A DNA stretch of 64,000 nt from Clostridia bacterium (GCA_045541975.1 JAZQKB010000022.1:30616-94615), one strand, 5' to 3'. Shown: positions 1 to 9,917, counted from the stretch's first letter. Program-made: numbers and translations. The notes: generated from the letters alone by a model not told the origin.

Positions 1-2
1 CA

Positions 3-2159
3 GATGGCAGGATTTTAGAAAACTTTTCCATTCAGGTCAACGAAAGCTCTTTGACCGGAGAATCCACAAATGTGGAAAAGAAAGTTACCGATATTTCGGA
101 AGAAGTACCTCTTGGGGATCGTGTGAATATGGTGTATTCCGGTAGTTTGGTTACATACGGCCGTGCCACTGTGGTGGTGACCGGTACCGGTATGGATACC
201 GAAATCGGTAAAATTGCAGCGTTAATGAACGCTACCCGTGAAAAGAAAACACCCTTACAGATCAGTTTGGACCGCTTCAGCAGTCAGCTGGCAATGGTGA
301 TTATGGTGATTTCTGCTGCAGTTTTTTTGTTGGGATTGTATCGACAGATGCCCATTTTAGATTCTCTGATGTTTGCGGTGGCGTTGGCGGTTGCAGCAAT
401 TCCGGAAGCGTTAAGCTCCATTGTAACTATTGTGCAGGCAATGGGCACGCAGAGAATGGCGAAGGAAAATGCGATTATCAAAGAATTAAAAGCAGTGGAA
501 AGCTTAGGCTGTGTTTCGGTGATTTGTTCGGATAAAACAGGAACTTTAACCCAAAACAAAATGACCGTTCAGCAAATTTATATCGACGGTAAAACAATTT
601 CAGCCAAAGAACTGGATTTAAAAAATCAGCTGCATCGTTATTTATTGTATAATGCGATGCTGACCAATGATTCTGCGATTGCGGATGGGAAAGGAATTGG
701 TGACCCCACAGAATACTGTTTGTTGGAAATGGCACGTTCCATTGATATGAATGAAGAGTTTTTCCGTGAAGTGATGCCCAGATTAGCAGAAATTCCGTTT
801 GATTCTGATCGAAAACTGATGTCTGCAAAATACAGACTTCACGGGGTGCCCACCATCTTGACAAAAGGCGCCTTGGATGTGCTGTTAGACCGTACGGAAA
901 GCATCCGTACTTCGGAAGGAATCCGTTCGATTACTCAGGTGGATAAGGAAGAAATCCTGGCAAAGAATATGGAATTTTCCGAAAATGGATTGCGTGTTCT
1001 CGCTTTTGCCTATAAAGAATCCGACGAAGCAGAAACGATGGATTTATCCGACGAAAACGGATATACTTTTGTGGGGTTGATTTCTATGATGGATCCGCCC
1101 AGAGAGGAATCGAAAGCGGCAGTAGCTGACGCAAGACGTGCCGGGATTAAACCTATTATGATTACCGGTGACCACAAGGTAACGGCAACTGCCATTGCAA
1201 AACAAATTGGTATTTTCCAAGACGGTGATTTCGCAGTGACGGGTACCGAGCTGGATGCGATGTCAGAAGAAGAATTGGCAGAAAAAATTGAAAGAATTTC
1301 TGTCTATGCCAGAGTGTCTCCGGAAAACAAAATTCAGATTGTGAACGCTTGGCAGACAAAAGGCTATATTGTAGCCATGACCGGTGACGGTGTGAACGAT
1401 GCTCCCGCACTCAAAAAAGCAGACATCGGTGTGGCGATGGGAATTACAGGAACTGAGGTTTCCAAAGATGCTTCCGCTATGATTTTAACTGACGATAACT
1501 TTGCAACTATCATCAAAGCAGTGGCAAACGGCAGAAATGTGTATCGCAACATTAAAAATTCCATTAAATTCCTGCTGTCCGGCAATATGGCGGGAATTTT
1601 GGCGGTACTTTATACTTCTATTGCAGGGTTGCCGGTACCCTTTGCACCTGTGCATCTTTTGTTTATGAATCTTCTGACAGATTCTCTGCCTGCTATTGCT
1701 ATTGGTATGGAGGGGGCAGACGATAAACTGTTAACCGAAAAACCCAGAGATCCCAAGGAAAGCATTTTAAACAAATCTTTTATGACACAGCTTTTGGTAC
1801 AGGGTGGTTTGATTGCTGTTTGCACCATGATTGCTTTCTATATTGGTCTTCAGGCAGGAGGGGCAGGTTTGGCAAGCACGATGGCATTTTCCACGCTGAC
1901 TTTGGCACGGTTGTTCCACGGCTTTAACTGCAGAAGTGAACAGTCTATTTTCAAAATCGGTTTGTTTACCAATAAAGCAAGTTTAGGCGCATTTATGGCA
2001 GGTGTTGTGCTGTTGGCACTGGTGCTCTTTGTTCCGTTTTTAAGTCATCTGTTTGAGGTTTCTTCCTTCACTGGCAATCAGATCGGACTGGTTGTGTTAT
2101 TGGCGTTTATCCCGTCGGTTTTGATTCAGCTCTTCCGTGTTTTCAAAAAATCAAGATAA
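3..2159 (+). CDS. Cation-transporting (Ca2+-type, P2A) P-type ATPase, 5'-truncated by the window edge
   Basis: The frame is open from base 3 (DGRILENFSIQVNESSLTGES). It has the TGES, PEAL, DKTGTLT phosphorylation, TGD and GDGVNDAP motifs. Confidence 0.95.
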   Translation, partial: DGRILENFSIQVNESSLTGESTNVEKKVTDISEEVPLGDRVNMVYSGSLVTYGRATVVVTGTGMDTEIGKIAALMNATREKKTPLQISLDRFSSQLAMVIMVISAAVFLLGLYRQMPILDSLMFAVALAVAAIPEALSSIVTIVQAMGTQRMAKENAIIKELKAVESLGCVSVICSDKTGTLTQNKMTVQQIYIDGKTISAKELDLKNQLHRYLLYNAMLTNDSAIADGKGIGDPTEYCLLEMARSIDMNEEFFREVMPRLAEIPFDSDRKLMSAKYRLHGVPTILTKGALDVLLDRTESIRTSEGIRSITQVDKEEILAKNMEFSENGLRVLAFAYKESDEAETMDLSDENGYTFVGLISMMDPPREESKAAVADARRAGIKPIMITGDHKVTATAIAKQIGIFQDGDFAVTGTELDAMSEEELAEKIERISVYARVSPENKIQIVNAWQTKGYIVAMTGDGVNDAPALKKADIGVAMGITGTEVSKDASAMILTDDNFATIIKAVANGRNVYRNIKNSIKFLLSGNMAGILAVLYTSIAGLPVPFAPVHLLFMNLLTDSLPAIAIGMEGADDKLLTEKPRDPKESILNKSFMTQLLVQGGLIAVCTMIAFYIGLQAGGAGLASTMAFSTLTLARLFHGFNCRSEQSIFKIGLFTNKASLGAFMAGVVLLALVLFVPFLSHLFEVSSFTGNQIGLVVLLAFIPSVLIQLFRVFKKSR

Positions 2160-2223
2160 TGATTTTGCCGGAAAGGAAAATCTGCTGAATCGTAAAAAAA
2201 CAAGTGACATTTTCCTAAAAAAC

Positions 2224-2284
2224 TTGCAACTTTATAAAGAATATGGTACAATATGATGTAGCAATATTGTACCATATTTTTTTT
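2224..2284 (+). promoter_or_regulatory. sigmaA promoter (TTGCAA-17-TGgTACAAT) overlapped by a 14-bp inverted repeat plus T-run (terminator or operator)
   Basis: -35 at 2224-2229 and -10 at 2247-2252. Arms ATATGGTACAATAT (2241-2254) and ATATTGTACCATAT (2264-2277) are followed by a T-run. Confidence 0.7.
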
Positions 2285-2307
2285 GTAAGAAAAAGGAGAA
2301 ATCCGAT

Positions 2308-3411
2308 ATGCTGTACGAGGGTGTAAAAAAGAATTTTGGCTTTGGTTTTATGCGATTGCCTATGGTTGAAAATGATGTGGATTACCAGCAGGTCAATCGT
2401 ATGGTAGATGCCTTTATGGAGGCTGGTTTTAACTATTTCGACACGGCGCGGGTATATCTGGATGGAAACAGTGAAATTGCCATTCGTGAATGTGTGGCAA
2501 AACGTTACCCCCGTGAAAGTTTTGTGTTGGCAAATAAATTATCTCCATGGATTTATAATTCCGAAGAAGAAATTCGTCCCTTGTTTGAAAGCCAGTTAGA
2601 GTCCTGCGGTGTGGATTATTTTGATGTGTATATTTTTCACTGTATGAATCGGGATTTGTATCAGAAAAACATCCGTTGCAATTCCTTTGAAACGGTGAAA
2701 CAGTTGAAAGAAGAAGGAAAGGTGAAGCGTATCGCCATGTCTTTCCATGATACGGCAGATGTGCTGGATAAAATTCTTACCGAGCAACCCTCGATTGAGT
2801 TTGTGCAGATTCAGTTTAATTATTTAGATTATGATGATGCAGGCGTGCAGAGTAAGGCCTGCTACGATATTTGCAAAAAACACGGTAAAAAAGTGATCGT
2901 GATGGAACCTGTCAAAGGCGGTAATTTGGTAAACTTACCCAAAGAGGCAAAAGAACTTTTAACTAAAAAATCCAATAATTCCGAAGCAGAATTTGCCATT
3001 CGCTTTGCTGCAAGCTTCCCTGATGTTGAGATGGTGTTATCCGGTATGGGTAGCATGGATATGATTTCTGAAAATATTTCCTTTATGAAGGAATTTGTGC
3101 CTTTTGGCGAGGACGAAATGAAGCTTTCCGAAGACTTAAGAAAACTGATCCGTACCGTTCGCCAGATCCCCTGCACAGGTTGTCGTTACTGTGTGGACGG
3201 TTGCCCCAAAAATATTCTGATACCCGATGTCTTCACCGTTTACAACAAGCACTTAGCGGCAGAATCCGTTTGGGAGGAAGCCAAAACAATTTTGCAGGAA
3301 AACCATGCCAATGTGAAAGATTGTATTCAGTGTGGTGTTTGTGAGGGGCATTGTCCTCAGAATATTCACATCAAAGATATCATGAAGTTGTTGGGAGAAA
3401 GCATTTCATAA
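2308..3411 (+). CDS. Aldo/keto reductase with C-terminal 4Fe-4S domain
   Basis: GFGFMRLP start, NYFDTA motif, CTGCRYC..CP and CIQCGVCEGHCP ferredoxin-like motifs; RBS AAGGAG. Confidence 0.9.
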   Translation: MLYEGVKKNFGFGFMRLPMVENDVDYQQVNRMVDAFMEAGFNYFDTARVYLDGNSEIAIRECVAKRYPRESFVLANKLSPWIYNSEEEIRPLFESQLESCGVDYFDVYIFHCMNRDLYQKNIRCNSFETVKQLKEEGKVKRIAMSFHDTADVLDKILTEQPSIEFVQIQFNYLDYDDAGVQSKACYDICKKHGKKVIVMEPVKGGNLVNLPKEAKELLTKKSNNSEAEFAIRFAASFPDVEMVLSGMGSMDMISENISFMKEFVPFGEDEMKLSEDLRKLIRTVRQIPCTGCRYCVDGCPKNILIPDVFTVYNKHLAAESVWEEAKTILQENHANVKDCIQCGVCEGHCPQNIHIKDIMKLLGESIS

Positions 3412-3510
3412 CGAGCGAAAAGCAGAAAGCAAACTGTACTTCTTATTGTTTTGGCAATTGATCGCTTCTCTGTGAAAGATATTATCATAAAAATCAAAGG
3501 AGTAAACAAC

Positions 3511-4533
3511 ATGAAAAAATTCCTGTTACCGGAAAACGGTCAATTTTACAAGGCAAACTTGCATTGCCATACCAACGTGTCTGACGGAAGACTCACACCA
3601 GCCGAAATGAAAGAAGAATACAAAAAACGGGGGTACTCCATCATTGCATACACCGACCATAATGTTTTGGTGGCACATCCCGAGCTGACTGACGATACCT
3701 TTTTGGCACTGCACGGCTTGGAATATGATCTGACCGAGGAATCTAAAGACAATGATCCTTTTCACCGTTTAAAAACCTGCCATATCTGTATGGTCAGCAC
3801 CAATCCGGACTATGTGGTTCAGCCTTGCTTCCGGGATTCCTGGCTGTATCAGCATCTGCCGGATCAATCTGTAGTTCAGCGTGATGAATCTATTCCGCCT
3901 TACGAATTTCAGTATACCCCCGAGTATATCAACGATATGATTAAAACCGCCCGGGAAAAAGGCTATTTTGTGACCTACAATCATCCTGCCTGGTCTCAGG
4001 AAGGCTACGAAATTTACAGCAAATACGAAGGTATGAATGCTATGGAAATCTGCAACTACGGTTGCATGACGGAAGGGTATCACGACTACAATCCCCATGT
4101 GTATGACGAATTACTCCGTCAGGGCAAAAAGCTCTATTGCATCGCAACCGACGATAACCATAACAGTCAGCCGATGGATAGTCCCTACTGTGACTCTTTT
4201 GGTGGCTTTACCATGATTAAAGCAGATAAATTAGAATACAGAGCCATTGGTGAGGCTTTGTTAAAAGGTAACTTCTATGCTTCCCAGGGGCCTGAAATTC
4301 ACAGCTTATATGTGGAAGACAATAAATTACATATTAAAACTTCCGATGCGGTAAAAATTGTGTTTACTACCGGTCTTCGCCATAGCTTCTGTGCATATCC
4401 GTTGGCGGGAGACACCATCAACGAAGCAGAATTTGAACTCCGTCCCGACGATATTTATGTAAGAGTAACCGTGTTTGATAAGTCCGGCAAACCTGCTGAT
4501 ACCAACGCTTATTTTATGGAAGATATTTTATAA
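3511..4533 (+). CDS. PHP-domain metallohydrolase, paralog 1
   Basis: NLHCHT.VSDG, YTDH, NHP.WS and DDNH motifs. Start moved to ATG 3511, which follows RBS AAAGGAG. Confidence 0.85.
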   Translation: MKKFLLPENGQFYKANLHCHTNVSDGRLTPAEMKEEYKKRGYSIIAYTDHNVLVAHPELTDDTFLALHGLEYDLTEESKDNDPFHRLKTCHICMVSTNPDYVVQPCFRDSWLYQHLPDQSVVQRDESIPPYEFQYTPEYINDMIKTAREKGYFVTYNHPAWSQEGYEIYSKYEGMNAMEICNYGCMTEGYHDYNPHVYDELLRQGKKLYCIATDDNHNSQPMDSPYCDSFGGFTMIKADKLEYRAIGEALLKGNFYASQGPEIHSLYVEDNKLHIKTSDAVKIVFTTGLRHSFCAYPLAGDTINEAEFELRPDDIYVRVTVFDKSGKPADTNAYFMEDIL

Positions 4534-4546
4534 AGGAGACCTGTCT

Positions 4547-5584
4547 ATGAGAACTTACTTATTGCCCGAAAAGGGGCAGTTTTATAAAGCAAACCTGCAT
4601 TGTCACTCCACCATTTCCGACGGACAGTTAACTCCTGACGAAATCAAAGAAGCCTACAAACAGCGTGGCTACTCCGTAGTGGCATATACCGACCATAATA
4701 TTTTAGTGCCTCATCCTGAACTGCAAAGTGACGATTTTGTGGCATTATACGGGATGGAATACTATTTTGACGAAGTGCTTCCCGGTCAGACCTGGGAGCA
4801 GTCCAGAACCACTCATTTGTGCCTGATTTCTCGGGATCCTGAAAATGTGATTCAGCCTTGTTTTTATCAGCCTAACTGGTTTTATGACAAACTGCTTGAA
4901 AAAAACGATCCCCGTTACAAAGTTACCTTAGATCCCACCGAACCCAATTACGAACGGGTATTTACTCCAGACGGTGTGAACGAGGTGATTAAAACCGCCC
5001 GTGATAAAGGCTTTTTTGTAACCTACAATCATCCCAAATGGTCCAAAGAAGGTTACGAAACCTATAGCAAATATAAAGGAATGCACGCCATTGAGATTTG
5101 TAACTACAACTCCTATGTGAAAGGCTTCCACGAGTACAATACCAAAGTATACGAAGAAAAACTGCATAACGGTGAAAAAATCTTCGGAATTTCTGCCGAT
5201 GATAACCATAACTTTGCGCCTTTTGACAGTCCGGAAAGTGATTCCTTCGGTGCATTTACCATGATTAAAGCAGAAAACTTAGACTACCGTTCTATCACTG
5301 ATGCCATGGTGAAAGGGCATTTCTATGCATCCATGGGGCCTGAAATCTACAGTATGTATCTGGAAGGTAACAAGCTTCATGTGAAGACCTCCGATGCGGC
5401 AATCATCAATTTTACCTCCGGCATCCGTCATTGCTATAATGAATACTGTCCGGAAGGCGGAACACTCAATGAAGTTATTTTTGATGTGTGGCCTCAGGAT
5501 ATTTTCTTCAGAGTAACCGTGTGTGACAAAGAGGGCAGACGCGCAACATCCAATGCCTACTTTGTGGAAGATTATGTGAAATAA
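4547..5584 (+). CDS. PHP-domain metallohydrolase, paralog 2
   Basis: Same HCH..SDG, TDH, NHP and DDNH motifs. ATG 4547 follows AAAGGAG. Confidence 0.85.
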   Translation: MRTYLLPEKGQFYKANLHCHSTISDGQLTPDEIKEAYKQRGYSVVAYTDHNILVPHPELQSDDFVALYGMEYYFDEVLPGQTWEQSRTTHLCLISRDPENVIQPCFYQPNWFYDKLLEKNDPRYKVTLDPTEPNYERVFTPDGVNEVIKTARDKGFFVTYNHPKWSKEGYETYSKYKGMHAIEICNYNSYVKGFHEYNTKVYEEKLHNGEKIFGISADDNHNFAPFDSPESDSFGAFTMIKAENLDYRSITDAMVKGHFYASMGPEIYSMYLEGNKLHVKTSDAAIINFTSGIRHCYNEYCPEGGTLNEVIFDVWPQDIFFRVTVCDKEGRRATSNAYFVEDYVK

Positions 5585-5599
5585 ACGGGGGATTATGAT

Positions 5600-6640
5600 A
5601 TGAAAAAATACTTATTGCCCGAAAACGGCACCTTTTATAAAGCAAACCTGCACTGCCATTCCACCGTGTCTGACGGGAGACTTTCTCCCGAAAAGATGAA
5701 GGAGGAATATCAGAAACGCGGTTATTCCGTCATCGCATATACCGACCATAAGGTTATGGTTCCTCATCCGTATTTAACCGATGAAAACTTCGTTGCCTTA
5801 ACCGGTACCGAATATGATTTTGACAACGAAACAAAAGAAAATCCCTATCATGTGATTCCCGTTTGCCATATCTGCCTGATTGCATTGGATCCCGACAATG
5901 TGGTTCAACCCTGCTTTAGTCTCCCCAATGCAAACTATGATGAAATTATGGCGTTAAATGATCCCCGTTATCAGATTACTTATGATGAATCCGAACCCTT
6001 ATGGACCAGAGAGTACACGGCGGAAAATATCAACAGCATTATGAAGCACGCCCGGGAAAAAGGATTTTTTGTGACCTATAACCATCCCACCTGGTCGCTG
6101 GAACGGTATGACATCTATAGCAAATACGAAGGAATGAATGCTATGGAAATCGTGAACTACGGCTGTGTGACTGAAGGCTACGACGAATATAATTCCGCCC
6201 AGTATGATGAAATGCTATCTGCCGGCAAAAAAATCTTCTGTATTGCAACCGATGACAATCACAATCATCATCCCTTTGACAGTCAGCGTTGTGATTCCTT
6301 TGGCGGCTTCACTATGATAAAAGCGGAAAAGCTGGAATACCGCGCAATTACCGATGCACTGGTAAAGGGAAATTTCTATGCCTCTATGGGCCCCGAAATT
6401 TATAGCTTATATATGGAAGGAAACAAGATTCACATTAAAACCTCCGATGCCAAACGAATTGTGTTTGCCACCGGTGTCCGCCATAGCTACACCGCATTTC
6501 CCACCGACGGTGACCACATCAACGAGGCAGAATTTGAAGTAAGCCCCAACGATATTTATGTTCGTGTTACCGTGTTTGGTATGGACGGAAAACCTGCAGA
6601 TACCAACGCCTATTTTGTGGAGGATTTGTTAGGCGAATAA
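5600..6640 (+). CDS. PHP-domain metallohydrolase, paralog 3
   Basis: Same motifs; collinear with the two upstream paralogs. Confidence 0.85.
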   Translation: MKKYLLPENGTFYKANLHCHSTVSDGRLSPEKMKEEYQKRGYSVIAYTDHKVMVPHPYLTDENFVALTGTEYDFDNETKENPYHVIPVCHICLIALDPDNVVQPCFSLPNANYDEIMALNDPRYQITYDESEPLWTREYTAENINSIMKHAREKGFFVTYNHPTWSLERYDIYSKYEGMNAMEIVNYGCVTEGYDEYNSAQYDEMLSAGKKIFCIATDDNHNHHPFDSQRCDSFGGFTMIKAEKLEYRAITDALVKGNFYASMGPEIYSLYMEGNKIHIKTSDAKRIVFATGVRHSYTAFPTDGDHINEAEFEVSPNDIYVRVTVFGMDGKPADTNAYFVEDLLGE

Positions 6641-6708
6641 TTTTTTGATAAGGTTTTTTCTCGCTTTTTAAAATGAACAAAAAAATTTTAAAAAATCCTA
6701 AAAAAAGC

Positions 6709-6737
6709 TTGACATTTTGATAAATTGATTGTATAAT
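6709..6737 (+). promoter_or_regulatory. Consensus sigmaA promoter of the rplU operon
   Basis: TTGACA (6709-6714), 17-bp spacer, TATAAT (6732-6737). Confidence 0.9.
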
Positions 6738-6740
6738 ACT

Positions 6741-6835
6741 GTGGTAACCGCTCTGGAGTGGCATAAGAATTTTGCTTCGGCGAAATCACCATCGTCCGGG
6801 CGTGTCCTAAATAACCACCCGAAAGGGTGCAAAAA
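6741..6835 (+). ncRNA. Probable L21 ribosomal protein leader (cis-regulatory RNA)
   Basis: GC-rich structured 5' UTR between the promoter and rplU, with hairpins TTTTGC-TTCG-GCGAAA and CACCC-GAAA-GGGTG. The position matches the L21_leader of Firmicutes. Confidence 0.55.
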
Positions 6836-6857
6836 ATTTAATTGGGAGGTACTTATT

Positions 6858-7169
6858 ATGTACGCAGTTTTAAAAACCGGCGGTAAGCAGTACAAAGTAG
6901 CTGAAGGCGATGTAATCTACATCGAAAAGCTGGGCTTATCCGAAAACGAAACCTATACTTTCAACGAAGTATTGGCAATCGGCTCTGATGACGGCATCAA
7001 AGTTGGTGCTCCTTATGTAGAAGGTGCAACCGTAACCGCAAAAGCTTTAAAAGAAGGCAGAAGCAAAAAGATCATTGTTTACAAGTATAAACCGAAAAAA
7101 GGTTATCACAAAAAACAGGGTCACAGACAGGCTTATACCAAAGTTCAGATTGAAAAAATCAACGGTTAA
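6858..7169 (+). CDS. rplU: 50S ribosomal protein L21
   Basis: [14 protein letters not shown]...GHRQAYT; RBS GGAGG before ATG 6858. Confidence 0.98.
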   Translation: MYAVLKTGGKQYKVAEGDVIYIEKLGLSENETYTFNEVLAIGSDDGIKVGAPYVEGATVTAKALKEGRSKKIIVYKYKPKKGYHKKQGHRQAYTKVQIEKING

Positions 7170-7174
7170 TTTTT

Positions 7175-7507
7175 ATGATAAACATTGAGATTAGCAGGAA
7201 CTATATCGGTAATATTTATCGGTTCACGGTAAACGGTCATTCCGACTATGAAGAAATCGGCAAGGATATTGTGTGTGCCAATGTGTCCACCGCAACCCAG
7301 TCCGTGATCTTAGGAATGTCTGAGTTACTCGGAATCCGCTTAAATATTGTAATCGACGATGGGCACTTAGAGTGCGGTATTCCTGAAATTTCCGATCAGT
7401 TAACTCTGGAAAAGGTAAACATTCTCTTAGAGACTATGGTTTTAACCTTACGCCAGGTGGAATCGGAATATTCTGATTATGTAAAAATGATTGAAGTGGA
7501 GGATTAG
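7175..7507 (+). CDS. prp: Ribosomal-processing cysteine protease Prp (YsxB)
   Basis: GH...G.DIVCA motif; lies between rplU and rpmA. Confidence 0.92.
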   Translation: MINIEISRNYIGNIYRFTVNGHSDYEEIGKDIVCANVSTATQSVILGMSELLGIRLNIVIDDGHLECGIPEISDQLTLEKVNILLETMVLTLRQVESEYSDYVKMIEVED

Positions 7508-7786
7508 ATGATGTTTAAAATTAATTTCCAGTTATTTGCTCATAAAAAAGGTGTAGGTAGCACCAAAAACGGCAGAGACAGTGAATCCAAAAGACTGGGT
7601 GCAAAAAGAGCAGACGGTCAGTTTGTTTTAGCTGGTAACATTCTGGTTAGACAGAGAGGTACCAAAATCAACCCCGGTGAAAATGTTGGGAAAGGCTCTG
7701 ACGATACTTTATACGCATTAATCGACGGTAAAGTAAGATTTGAAACCAAAAGAGACAAAAAACAGGTTAGCGTATACGCTATCTAA
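7508..7786 (+). CDS. rpmA: 50S ribosomal protein L27 with Prp-cleaved N-terminal extension
   Basis: [26 protein letters not shown]. Confidence 0.98.
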   Translation: MMFKINFQLFAHKKGVGSTKNGRDSESKRLGAKRADGQFVLAGNILVRQRGTKINPGENVGKGSDDTLYALIDGKVRFETKRDKKQVSVYAI

Positions 7787-7801
7787 TTGAAAAATTGTTT
7801 C

Positions 7802-7835
7802 AAAAAAAGAGGTATCAGATTTGATACCTCTTTTT
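7802..7835. terminator. Bidirectional intrinsic terminator between rpmA and lexA
   Basis: A-run, GAGGTATCA-gatt-TGATACCTC, T-run. Confidence 0.85.
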
Positions 7836-7889
7836 GTTTTATTTTTTTGTTCTTTTTTTCTATTATTTCTTTTCGTTTAGATTCATAAA

Positions 7890-8522
7890 TTAATAACTTC
7901 TGAAAAGTCCGACGACCTTTCCCAAAATGGTGAGCTGCGTGGTAATGATGGGTTCCATAGTGTCATTTTCCGGCTGCAGACGGAAATAACCGTTTTCCTT
8001 GTAGAAGGTTTTTACCGTTACTTCATCGTTAATCATAGCAACCACCTTTTCGCCGTTTTCAGCGGTAGGCTGGCGGGCAACAATAATCAAATCACCGTTT
8101 AAAATACCGGCGTTAATCATACTTTCGCCCTGTACTCGTAACATGAACATTTCCTGGTTGGTTGCCATATCCATGGGAAGCGGGAAGGTTCTTTCAATAT
8201 TTTCCACCGCTAAAATCGGGCTTCCTGCCGCAACTTTACCAACAAGGGGGACTTCCAAAATATCGGGGTTTTTGGAATCCTTCGGCACAAATTCGGTGAC
8301 GGTGGCTTCCTTAACAACCGAAATCGCTCTGTTTTTGGCAGAGCTTTTGTTTAATACCCCTTTTTCTTCTAAATTTTTTAAATGGGTAAACACGGTGGCG
8401 GTGGAGCGAAGTCCAACCCCGATACAAATATCACGAACGGTGGGGGGGTACCCGTTTTTTTCCTGGAAATCATTAATGAAATCTAAAATCAGCTTTTGTT
8501 TTTTGGTTAATTCCATATCCAT
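7890..8522 (-). CDS. lexA: SOS repressor LexA
   Basis: Winged-helix GYPPTVRDI; VAAGSP cleavage site; GESM and VTVK catalytic Ser/Lys. Confidence 0.97.
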   Translation of the reverse strand: MDMELTKKQKLILDFINDFQEKNGYPPTVRDICIGVGLRSTATVFTHLKNLEEKGVLNKSSAKNRAISVVKEATVTEFVPKDSKNPDILEVPLVGKVAAGSPILAVENIERTFPLPMDMATNQEMFMLRVQGESMINAGILNGDLIIVARQPTAENGEKVVAMINDEVTVKTFYKENGYFRLQPENDTMEPIITTQLTILGKVVGLFRSY

Positions 8523-8627
8523 AAAGCGATGACTCCTTTTTTATATTTTGCAACAGTCTGCTCTTTTTATTACTAAAATACTGTTATTTCGAGCATTTTT
8601 GTGGTGCTTTTTTCAACTTGTATCTAC

Positions 8628-8744
8628 ATTATAACACAGGATTTCACATTTGTCAAACATTTGTTTGTAATTTTTTCAAAAAAAGTATTGACAAGAACAA
8701 ATGTTTGTGTTACAATAACCTCAGAAAAGGAAAACAAATGTTTG
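8628..8744. promoter_or_regulatory. Divergent sigmaA promoters of lexA and the yneA-like gene, with three LexA (SOS) boxes
   Basis: Minus strand TTGACA (8656-8651)-17-TATAAT (8633-8628). Plus strand TTGACA (8688-8693)-17-TACAAT (8711-8716). Boxes CAAACATTTGTTTG (8654), AGAACAAATGTTTG (8694) and AAAACAAATGTTTG (8731). Confidence 0.85.
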
Positions 8745-8763
8745 CTTTTAGGAGGAAATACAG

Positions 8764-9042
8764 ATGAGATTAACGAAAAAAGGAAAAAGATGTTTGCTTT
8801 TTGTTTTGGTAACGATTTTATTAACAACAGTTGTTGCAATGAATATTGGCGCATCTGCAAGTGAAGAAAATGTGCAGTACATTTCTCACATTGTGGAACC
8901 TAACGATACTTTATGGAGCATTGCAGAAGAATACGGCACCGACGGTGATATCCGCAAAACCATTTATGATATCAAGCGGTTGAATCAGTTAGAGGGTTCC
9001 GATTTGATAGTAGGCACCAGAATTTTAATTGCCGTTTCATAA
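8764..9042 (+). CDS. LysM-domain membrane protein, YneA-like SOS division inhibitor
   Basis: N-terminal TM helix plus LysM (HIVEPNDTLWSIA...LIVG); divergent from lexA as in Bacillus. Confidence 0.8.
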   Translation: MRLTKKGKRCLLFVLVTILLTTVVAMNIGASASEENVQYISHIVEPNDTLWSIAEEYGTDGDIRKTIYDIKRLNQLEGSDLIVGTRILIAVS

Positions 9043-9057
9043 AAGACAAACTATCAC

Positions 9058-9091
9058 AAAGGAGCTGTGGCTTTTTGCCATAGCTCCTTTT
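9058..9091. terminator. Bidirectional intrinsic terminator
   Basis: AAAGGAGCTGTGGC-ttttt-GCCATAGCTCCTTTT between convergent genes. Confidence 0.8.
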
Positions 9092-9917
9092 AACATTCTA
9101 AAACGGTGATGTTTCGGTCCGTGGTAAGAAGTTTATTTACAATTTGTGTTTCGGTAACCGTTTTTAGAAGTTTTCCGTCTTGAAAGATATTGATGATATA
9201 ATATTTTTCCCCGCAGAAATTTTTCAGCAGTTTCTTGGCAGGGTAGTCCCAACGAACGCCCAGATGCTCCACCGCTTGCACCGTTTGAAAGGCTCCGTTT
9301 TCATTGCGAAAAGCTTGGTTTTTTAGCTTTTTGTAGGTAAGTAAACGATTCCCTGAAAGCAGCGTGTAGCAGATAAAAATAAGCACGAGAAGTAACCCGA
9401 AACTGCCGTTTGTTTTTTCAATCAGAAACATCATTAAACATAGCATTGGAATCAGTAGACCCAAGCTAACAAATGCCATTCGTTTTTTTGCCTGTTCTTT
9501 GCCATATTTTTGCTCCATTTTAAGCAGCAGCACCCGTCCGCCGTCTAATGGCAGAATGGGGAGCAAATTGACCAGCCCGAGACTGATGTTTGCTAAAATC
9601 CACTGGGTATATATGAAGTTTTTTTGCCAAAAGTGTAAAAGGATAAAAAAGCCTGCAACAAGCAGATTTCCGATGGGAGCGGAAAGATAAACAACAGCAT
9701 TTTTTGGCATTTGCCGATCTGTTTCGATCGAGATTCCAAATGGTTCTATTGTAATCTTTTGAACGGGAATCTGCTGCTTTGCAAGAAAGTATAAATGGAT
9801 TCCTTCATGAAAAATAAGGGAAACATATGTAATCAGAAACGATGCGAAACTTCCTGTGTACCAGGATATGAAGGCTACCACAAAGAACAGAGGATTTACT
9901 GCAACATGCCTGATCAT
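9090..9917 (-). CDS. spoIVFB: Stage IV sporulation site-2 protease SpoIVFB (M50)
   Basis: HEGIH and NLLPILPLDGG motifs; C-terminal YYII.I...G.L...VTE.Q pattern; downstream of an M23 gene. Confidence 0.8.
   Translation of the reverse strand: MIRHVAVNPLFFVVAFISWYTGSFASFLITYVSLIFHEGIHLYFLAKQQIPVQKITIEPFGISIETDRQMPKNAVVYLSAPIGNLLVAGFFILLHFWQKNFIYTQWILANISLGLVNLLPILPLDGGRVLLLKMEQKYGKEQAKKRMAFVSLGLLIPMLCLMMFLIEKTNGSFGLLLVLIFICYTLLSGNRLLTYKKLKNQAFRNENGAFQTVQAVEHLGVRWDYPAKKLLKNFCGEKYYIINIFQDGKLLKTVTETQIVNKLLTTDRNITVLEC

Noticed and set aside
6729-6857. 43-aa N-terminal extension of L21 in the ORF track
   Set aside because: It spans the promoter and leader RNA; the real RBS and ATG are at 6845-6860. 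Similar over-long starts were trimmed for several other genes.
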